Part shown: one piece after another, positions 57,739-64,000 of the stretch
Layout of the letters: every line of letters starts with the position of its first letter
How positions within the stretch are numbered: the stretch's first letter is position 1
Assembly: GCA_965227295.1 (NCBI GenBank)
Contig: OZ245742.1
Coordinates: forward strand, 4,640,206 to 4,704,205
Reading direction: 5' to 3'
Origin: Leptonemataceae bacterium
Lineage (GTDB): Bacteria > Spirochaetota > Leptospiria > Leptospirales > Leptonemataceae
Length of the DNA stretch: 64,000 nt
The notes under the pieces: model-generated
The model's database searches: none
Seen by the model: only the letters and a program-made list of their open reading frames with translations
Told to the model about the DNA's origin: nothing
Translations under genes and position numbers: made by a program

Positions 57739-57849
57739 CCAACGAATTCCCGCGAGAACGCGGACCTTCTTATTTAAGAAGACTTATAACTTGACATCGG
57801 CAGATTTCCGCCGGCCCAATACCGGAAATATATCCCCGGAGTTTCAGCG

Positions 57850-60800
57850 ATGAGCACAGCCGCCTCCGCCGCAGCAGCAGAATCAGGAATTTACACCAGC
57901 ACTCATAAGGTTCGTTTTGTTACCGCCGCCTCGCTCTTCGACGGCCACGACGCATCCATCAACATCATGCGGCGCATCCTGCAGGCCAGCGGGGCCGAGG
58001 TCGTTCACCTGGGGCACAACCGCTCCGTCCGCGAGGTGGTGGACGCCGTCCTCCAGGAAGACGCCCAGGGCGTCGCGATCTCTTCGTACCAGGGCGGGCA
58101 CGTCGAATACTTCAAGTATCTCCACGATCTGCTGCGCGAAAGCGGTGCCGGCCACGTGAAGATCTACGGCGGCGGCGGCGGGGTCATCGTACCGGAAGAG
58201 ATTCGCGATCTGGAAGGGCACGGCATTACGAAGATCTTCTCGCCGGAGGACGGCCGGCGCATGGGCCTGCAGGGCATGATCAACAGCATGATGCAGGCCT
58301 GCGACTTCGATCCCTGCCCCGCCCTGGAAGGATCGCGCCTCAACGAACTCCCGGATTTTTACAAACTTTCACAGATCATAAGTTACGTCGAGAACCATCG
58401 CGACGGCGACGACCTGCCCGCGGCGGCGGAACTGCTGAGCGGCGCAACGAATGCTCCAAACGATAATCAGACGCCGGCAAAAGTCGCCCCGCCGGTCCTC
58501 GGCATTACCGGCCCGGGCGGCGCCGGCAAGTCTTCGCTCACCGACGAACTCTGCCTGCGGTTCCTCGAAAACAACGCCGACGCGAAGATCGCCGTGCTCG
58601 CCGTGGATCCCACGCGTCGCAAGACCGGCGGCGCATTGCTCGGTGATCGCATCCGCATGAACGCCCCGACGCTGTTTCCCGAGCGCGTCTTTGTACGTTC
58701 TCTGGCCACCCGCGGCGCGAACCGCAGCCTTTCGGAAGCCCTGCGTCCCGTCATCGAACTCATCCAGAAGTGCGGCCGCTTTGACTTGATCATCGTGGAA
58801 ACGTCCGGCACCGGCCAGTCCGACGACGAGGTCATCGGTGTCGCCGATCGTACGCTTTACGTTATGACCGCGGAATTCGGCGCGCCGACCCAGCTCGAAA
58901 AAATCGCCATGCTGGACTTCGCCGATCTCGTCGCCATGAACAAAGCCGAGAAACGCGGCGCCGACGACGCCGTGCGCCACGTACAAAAACAGTACCAGCG
59001 CAATCACAATCGCTTCGCCGATCCCGTGGACGCCATGCCGGTCTACGCCACCGTGGCCAGTCGTTTCAACGATCCCGGGGTGAACCGACTCTACAACGCC
59101 CTGGCAAAGACTCTCTCCGGAGACGCAGTTCGGTTCGCCGCGATTCCGGAAGCGGCCCTCGCCGCCAATTCCTCGGACATCGAAATCATCGCTCCCCAAC
59201 GCGTGCGTTATCTCTCCGAGATTTCCGAAGCCGTGCGCGGTTATCACAAAGCCGGCGCCGAGAACGTCGACCTCGCCCGGGAACTGGACGCCCTGCAGCG
59301 CGCCCGGGCTTCCCTGGAAAAAAGCGGTGCGGCCTCCGCCGCCGTACTCACGGCCCTGGAAGAACAACACGAGTCCGTACGCAAACAACTGGGCCGCAAC
59401 GATCCGGCGCTTTTGGAATTCCTGGAAGCCTGGCCGCAAACAAAGGCGGCGTTCTCCGGCGACGAGTACGTGTATTCGATCCGCGGCAAAGAACTGCGCC
59501 AACCGCTCAAAACGCTAACATTATCCGGGACAAAGTTACCGGTCCTGGCCCTGCCGCCGTACGAATCCCTGGGCGAGCTCGCCCGCTACTACTACAAAGA
59601 AAATCTGCCCGGCCGCTTTCCCTTTACGGCCTCGGTTTTTCCGTTTCGTCGCGCCGGGGAAGATCCCACCCGCATGTTCGCCGGCGAAGGCGGACCGGAA
59701 CGGACCAACGTACGCTTTCATTATCTCGCGGGTTCGGCGCAGCGTCAGGAAAATGAGGCGTTGCCGGCGCGGCTGTCGACGGCCTTCGACAGCGTTACGC
59801 TCTACGGCGAAGATCCCGCCCGACGGCCGGACATCTACGGCAAGGTCGGCAATTCCGGCGTGAGTGTCCCGTCCCTCGACGACTGCAAACGATTGTACAG
59901 CGGCTTTGATCTGACGGCACCGTCCACCTCGGTATCCATGACGATCAACGGGCCGGCGCCGGTCATTCTGGCATTCTTCTTCAACACCGCCGTGGATCAG
60001 CAGATCGAACGGCACCTGCGCGAAACCGGCGGCTACGACGCCGCGCGAACCAAGATCGAAACGTTCTATCGCGAGCGCGGCCTGGAACCGCCGGCCTATC
60101 GCCGCGATCTCCCGACCGGCCACGACGGCAACGGTGTGAATCTACTCGGTCTGTCCGGCGACCGTCTGGTGGATGCGGAAACCTACGAACGCATCAAGAC
60201 GGAAACCCTGGCGAAGGTCCGCGGTACGGTGCAGGCGGACATCTTAAAAGAAGACCAGGCCCAGAACACCTGCATCTTCTCCACGGCCTTCGCCCTGCGC
60301 ATGATGGGCGACATCCAGGAGTTCTTTGTCACGAATCAAATTCGTAACTTTTACTCCGTAAGTATTAGCGGCTATCACATTGCCGAGGCCGGGGCCAATC
60401 CCATCAGCCAGCTCGCCTTTACCCTGGCCAACGGCTTCACCTACGTCGAATACTACGTCAAGCGCGGCCTGGACGTAAACGCCTTCGCCCCGAACCTCTC
60501 GTTCTTTTTCTCGAACGGTCTGGACGCCGAGTACAGCGTCATCGGCCGGGTGGCCCGGCGCGTCTGGGCCATCGCCATGCAACGTCTCTACGCCGCCGAC
60601 GAGCGTTCGCAGAAGTTGAAGTATCACATCCAGACGAGCGGCCGTTCGTTGCACGCGCGCGAGATCGACTTCAACGACATTCGCACCACGCTCCAGGCAC
60701 TCTATGCGCTCTACGACAACTGCAACAGTCTGCACACGAACGCCTACGACGAAGCCATCACCACCCCCACGGAAGATAGCGTGCGCCGTGCCGTGGCCAT

Positions 60801-61317
60801 TCAGTTGATCATTAATAAGGAACTGGGCCTCAACAAGAATCACAACCCCGTGCAGGGCGCCTATATCGTGGAAGAACTCACGGACCTCGTCGAAGAAGCC
60901 GTGCTCGCGGAGTTCGATCGCCTCACCGAACGCGGCGGGGTGCCCGGCGCCATGGAAACGATGTACCAACGCGGCAAGATCCAGGAGGAGTCCCTGCACT
61001 ACGAACACCTGAAGCACAGCGGCGAACTGCCGGTCATCGGCGTGAATACGTTTTTGAATCCGCGCGCCGAAGACCAACCGGAGACGGAACTCATGCGTTC
61101 CTCCGAGGACGAAAAGGAAAGTCAGATTGCCGGCGTAACCGAATTTCAGCGTGCCTTTGCGGACGAGTCCCCGGCGGCGTTGGCCAAACTCAAAAACGTG
61201 GCCCTTGCCGGCGGCAACATCTTTGAGGAACTTATGGACACCGTAAAGGTCGCAACGCTCGGACAAATCAGCGCGGCATTGTACGGCGTGGGCGGAAGCT
61301 ACCGGCGGAATATGTAG
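57850..61317 (+). CDS. icmF: Fused isobutyryl-CoA mutase IcmF (B12-binding domain, MeaB-like GTPase and mutase domain)
   Basis: The N-terminal cobalamin domain has DGHDAS..I. A P-loop GTPase ([26 protein letters not shown]) follows. The C-terminal acyl-CoA mutase barrel has the expected length of 1155 aa. Confidence 0.9.
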   Translation: MSTAASAAAAESGIYTSTHKVRFVTAASLFDGHDASINIMRRILQASGAEVVHLGHNRSVREVVDAVLQEDAQGVAISSYQGGHVEYFKYLHDLLRESGAGHVKIYGGGGGVIVPEEIRDLEGHGITKIFSPEDGRRMGLQGMINSMMQACDFDPCPALEGSRLNELPDFYKLSQIISYVENHRDGDDLPAAAELLSGATNAPNDNQTPAKVAPPVLGITGPGGAGKSSLTDELCLRFLENNADAKIAVLAVDPTRRKTGGALLGDRIRMNAPTLFPERVFVRSLATRGANRSLSEALRPVIELIQKCGRFDLIIVETSGTGQSDDEVIGVADRTLYVMTAEFGAPTQLEKIAMLDFADLVAMNKAEKRGADDAVRHVQKQYQRNHNRFADPVDAMPVYATVASRFNDPGVNRLYNALAKTLSGDAVRFAAIPEAALAANSSDIEIIAPQRVRYLSEISEAVRGYHKAGAENVDLARELDALQRARASLEKSGAASAAVLTALEEQHESVRKQLGRNDPALLEFLEAWPQTKAAFSGDEYVYSIRGKELRQPLKTLTLSGTKLPVLALPPYESLGELARYYYKENLPGRFPFTASVFPFRRAGEDPTRMFAGEGGPERTNVRFHYLAGSAQRQENEALPARLSTAFDSVTLYGEDPARRPDIYGKVGNSGVSVPSLDDCKRLYSGFDLTAPSTSVSMTINGPAPVILAFFFNTAVDQQIERHLRETGGYDAARTKIETFYRERGLEPPAYRRDLPTGHDGNGVNLLGLSGDRLVDAETYERIKTETLAKVRGTVQADILKEDQAQNTCIFSTAFALRMMGDIQEFFVTNQIRNFYSVSISGYHIAEAGANPISQLAFTLANGFTYVEYYVKRGLDVNAFAPNLSFFFSNGLDAEYSVIGRVARRVWAIAMQRLYAADERSQKLKYHIQTSGRSLHAREIDFNDIRTTLQALYALYDNCNSLHTNAYDEAITTPTEDSVRRAVAIQLIINKELGLNKNHNPVQGAYIVEELTDLVEEAVLAEFDRLTERGGVPGAMETMYQRGKIQEESLHYEHLKHSGELPVIGVNTFLNPRAEDQPETELMRSSEDEKESQIAGVTEFQRAFADESPAALAKLKNVALAGGNIFEELMDTVKVATLGQISAALYGVGGSYRRNM

Positions 61318-61318
61318 G

Positions 61319-62328
61319 CACGTCGGTTCACGACTCAACTATCGTTGCGTATCTTCCGGCGAAGACGCCGTTCCGTTGCGCCGTATCACATCCCCCGGCA
61401 TGACCTCCGTTCATCTGCTGGAACCAGCCGTACCCATACAAGGCTTAATGCACACTGGCCGCCACTTACACCACGATTCGGAGCGTCTACGAACTACCGA
61501 AAAATTTTTGGTAATTCAAGAGCTGCGGTTCGCTGCGCTTGCCGTGAGACGCGCAAGGTAAGTTGCGCAATGGTGAAGGGCTTGATTTGGCTACAGCTGA
61601 GCGGGAGTTGTGGATTTTCGTTTTGCTAAGTTAGTCCGCCTCGACCCGGACGTCGGTTTGCGACTCAGCTACTGTAGCGGTTCTTACGACGAAGACGCCG
61701 TTCCGGTGCGCCTTACCACATTCCCCGGCATGACCTCCGTTCATCTGCTGGAACCAGCCGTGCCCATAAAAATATTAATCCAAACTGGCCGCAACTTACT
61801 TCAAGATTCGGGGCGTGCTCGAACGAATCAAACGTTTCCGGTAGTTCAAGAGCCGCGATTCGTTGCGTTTGCCGTGAGACGCGCAAGGTAAGTCGCGCAA
61901 TGGTGAAGGGCTTGATTTGGCTACAGCTGAGCGGGAGTTGTGGATTTTCGTTTTGCTAAGTTAGTCCGCCTCGACCCGGACGTCGGTTTGTGACTCAGCT
62001 ACTGTAGCGGTTCTTACGACGAAGACGCCGTTCCGGTGCGCCTTACCACATCCCCCGGCATGACCTCCGTGGTCGCCTGGAACCAGCTGTACCAATAAAA
62101 GTCTTAATCCAAACTGGCCGCAACTTACATCACGATTCGGGGCGTGCTCGAACGAATCAAACGTTTCCGGTAGTTCAAGAGCCGCGATTCGTTACGTTGG
62201 CCGTGAATAACAGAAAGTAAGCCTTAAAAAGGCTGAGGGAATTTTTTGGCTACGGCTCTTCGGAGTTGTGGAGTTTCGTCTTGTTAAGAATGCTGCGTTC
62301 GACCCGGACGTCGGGTTGCGACTCAGCT
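61319..62328 (+). repeat. Array B of the ~330-bp repeat family (about 3.06 tandem copies)
   Basis: The array starts 2 nt after the icmF TAG. The anchor GAAGACGCCG occurs at 61361, 61691 and 62021, a period of exactly 330. The array starts and ends on the same motif, CGTCGG(T/G)T.GCGACTCAGCT. Confidence 0.95.
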
Positions 62329-62724
62329 TCGTGCGTCGAACAGACGACCGGATTCCTGGTCGCTCGGAGCGGCACCGCGTACCGGAAGCAGCATTTGCAG
62401 ATCTTCGAGGCTCATGACGAGCTCCAGGCGTTCTTCGAGGGGTACTTCACTGGGACGCAGCACGAGCTTCTGCCGTTCTTCCAGGCTGAGGCCCTGGCGT
62501 TCGGCAATCGCTTCCGCGCCCTGCTCCGGTGGTGTCTCCGCGACACGCTCGGTGGCGCTGGCGTTGCGGCGCAACAGACCCACTTCCAGATCGATTTCGC
62601 GCGTGTCGGCCCGCTGCTGTTCCTGAGCAGGAGCAGCTTCCGTAGCTCGTCCACCCGCCTGGAGATGCGCCGGGGGGGTGTGCGAGATGTTTGTGATTCC
62701 GTTCACAGCCATCGTTGCCGTCAT
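62323..62724 (-). CDS. Hypothetical protein (Glu/Arg/Leu-rich, 133 aa)
   Basis: A GGAGG sequence lies 7 nt upstream of ATG 62724. The composition looks natural. The TGA stop (62323-62325) lies inside the last bases of repeat array B. Confidence 0.6.
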   Translation of the reverse strand: MTATMAVNGITNISHTPPAHLQAGGRATEAAPAQEQQRADTREIDLEVGLLRRNASATERVAETPPEQGAEAIAERQGLSLEERQKLVLRPSEVPLEERLELVMSLEDLQMLLPVRGAAPSDQESGRLFDARS

Positions 62725-62858
62725 AGTGAAACCTCCGTGTTTCCGGTACGTACTTCGGAGGTCCCCACAGGAACTTAATCAAAAAATCCTTGATAACGCA
62801 AGGAAAAAGCGGAATTTCGCCGAACCTCCCCTGTCCTGCGACGCGCTGTCCAATCTTT

Positions 62859-64000
62859 ATGCATAAACCATTTACAATCCTCTCCGTCCCGCTTCTGGCC
62901 ATCTTCGTGGCCATCTTCCTGACCGGCCGCCCGCTGGAGGCCCAGACGGCCGGGGAATTCGACGACTTCAATGAATTCGACGAGGACGGTGGCTGGGCCG
63001 ACAACTGGCTGGACGGTTTCAGCATGCACGGCCGGGTCCAGATTCTGCCGGTCTACCAGGGGAACTACGACTTCGCCAGAGATACGGACGACCACGACGA
63101 GTTCGTCGTTCAGAAGACGCAGTTGGGCTTCGAAAAACGATTCAACGGTCCGTTCGTAGCCCGGGTTACGGCGCAGGACTCACGGCTCTGGGGTGGCGAA
63201 CCGGGGTCGGACTCCGGCCTCGGCAACGCCAACGACAATACCAACGAGTCCTTCGACATGCGTGAGGGTTACCTCGGCATGGAAAAGGCCGGCGGCTGGT
63301 TCAGCACACGGCTCGGCCGGCAAATCCTGGCCTTCGGCGACAACCGCCTGGTTGGTCGAGCGGATTGGGGGCCCTCGGGACGCAGCTTCGACGCGGCCCG
63401 CTTCGACGTGGATGCCGGCCTCTACACCGGCACGTTGTTCGGAGCCGTCCTCGCCGAAGAGGACGACGGCCTGCAGGGCAACAGCACAGACGTGGGCCGG
63501 GGTAACTCATCCGATTTTTCGTTCACCTGCAACAGCGCCGGAACCAGTTGCCAGATCACGAGCGGCACGCCCAATGAACTGGACGACGCCTACCTCGTCG
63601 GCTTCTACAATACGTTTCGCATCAGTGAGCACCTGCACGCCGACGCCTACTACTTCGGCCGCTACAAGAAGTACATCCAGAGCAGTACGCCCATCCTGAA
63701 TCTTCCCGAGGCCACCGTCACCACCGAAGACCGGGACCGCCAGCGGGACAACCTGCATACCGTGGGCGCGCGATTCACCAACACCACCGCCGGCAAACGC
63801 AAGGCCGTCATTCCCTTCGACTGGACCGTGGAGTACGCCTACCAGACAGGCATCACCGGCAATCGCGTCGATGCATCCTGGGACTGGCTCGGCGTCACCA
63901 TCCCCCGCGTGGACGCGAACGGCATTCCGGAGTTCGACGCGAACGGCAACCTGGTCACGGAAAAACTCTACAAAGAAAAGGAACGCTACGAAAGCCACGC
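62859..64000 (+). CDS. Alginate-export-family outer-membrane beta-barrel protein (3' end outside the window)
   Basis: This ORF is absent from the supplied track because it has no stop. I translated the frame from ATG 62859 to the window end without encountering a stop. It has a signal peptide (MHKPFTILSVPLLAIFVAIFLTGRPLEAQ). The motif RLGRQILAFGDNRLVGRADWGPSGRSFDAARFD is typical of the alginate_exp porin family. Confidence 0.7.
   Translation, partial: MHKPFTILSVPLLAIFVAIFLTGRPLEAQTAGEFDDFNEFDEDGGWADNWLDGFSMHGRVQILPVYQGNYDFARDTDDHDEFVVQKTQLGFEKRFNGPFVARVTAQDSRLWGGEPGSDSGLGNANDNTNESFDMREGYLGMEKAGGWFSTRLGRQILAFGDNRLVGRADWGPSGRSFDAARFDVDAGLYTGTLFGAVLAEEDDGLQGNSTDVGRGNSSDFSFTCNSAGTSCQITSGTPNELDDAYLVGFYNTFRISEHLHADAYYFGRYKKYIQSSTPILNLPEATVTTEDRDRQRDNLHTVGARFTNTTAGKRKAVIPFDWTVEYAYQTGITGNRVDASWDWLGVTIPRVDANGIPEFDANGNLVTEKLYKEKERYESH

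Noticed and set aside
57739-57849. Possible cobalamin riboswitch upstream of the B12-dependent icmF.
   Set aside because: The spacer is only about 110 nt, too short for a cobalamin riboswitch, and I see no B12-box-like conserved core. Only a small 7-bp hairpin (ATTTCCG...CGGAAAT) is present.
61345-61891. ORFs of about 90 codons inside the repeat units (61345-61629, 61610-61891, 55652-55921, 31033-31362), considered as a small-protein gene family.
   Set aside because: The reading frame is not preserved between copies. The third copy has an in-frame TGA at 61991-61993. Indels between copies are not multiples of 3 in any consistent way. The 31-kb copy is open in a different frame. No SD sequences are present.
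61319-62328. The tandem arrays interpreted as a CRISPR locus.
   Set aside because: The period is 330 bp with no short repeat/unique spacer alternation. The whole unit is repeated, and no cas genes are in the window.
1-64000. Search for tRNA, rRNA, tmRNA, transposases, integrases, prophage genes or a recognisable defence or secretion system.
   Set aside because: No cloverleaf-like GTTCGAAT-type T-arm or rRNA-like segment was found by eye in the intergenic regions. No ORF has transposase, integrase or Cas signatures. Every spacer longer than 150 nt is accounted for by the repeat family or by ordinary promoter regions. A computational scan with tRNAscan-SE or Infernal would still be needed to be certain.

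Overview
GC-rich bacterial chromosomal segment from a diderm organism (lpxB, lpxI, TolC, LolA and an alginate-export-type porin are present). It is dominated by housekeeping genes. About 29 kb (10.5-39.9 kb) is one co-directional minus-strand block: rimP-nusA-infB-rbfA-truB-rpsO-pnp, dut, ftsK, lolA, rodZ, rimO, pgsA, trpD, yajC, a Pro-rich ORF, secD-secF, ribD, uvrD, a small secreted ORF, an IMPase/CysQ-like gene, hfq and a GT4 glycosyltransferase. The left flank carries an AraC regulator, an M24 peptidase-like gene, two tandem strictosidine-synthase-like genes, cysE, a small lower-GC nucleotidyltransferase cassette, an aldo/keto reductase and a bactofilin. The right flank carries nnr, a zinc-ribbon gene with lpxI-lpxB, a rhomboid protease, a GT2, TolC, a LamG/FN3 protein, TetR-AlkB, an O-antigen-ligase-like gene, mutM, a beta-propeller protein, icmF and a partial alginate-export porin. 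I recognise no rRNA, tRNA, CRISPR array, transposase, integrase, phage gene or known defence system. The most unusual signal is a non-coding repeat family of about 330 bp that I cannot assign to any known class. It has about 3 tandem copies right after icmF, about 2 right after the O-antigen-ligase gene, and 1 inverted copy right after pnp, each in the orientation of the upstream gene. The two direct arrays bracket mutM, the propeller gene and icmF. Secondary oddities: (1) histone-H1-like Lys/Ala tails on LpxB, LpxI and the GT4 enzyme, and an RGG tail on PNPase. (2) A coding (GGATGC)6 microsatellite. (3) An IMPase-family gene with no canonical start codon for its conserved N-terminal helix, lying in frame behind a single TGA. 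(4) A lower-GC two-gene nucleotidyltransferase cassette. Many long ORFs in the supplied track are antisense shadows typical of GC-rich DNA and are not reported as genes.
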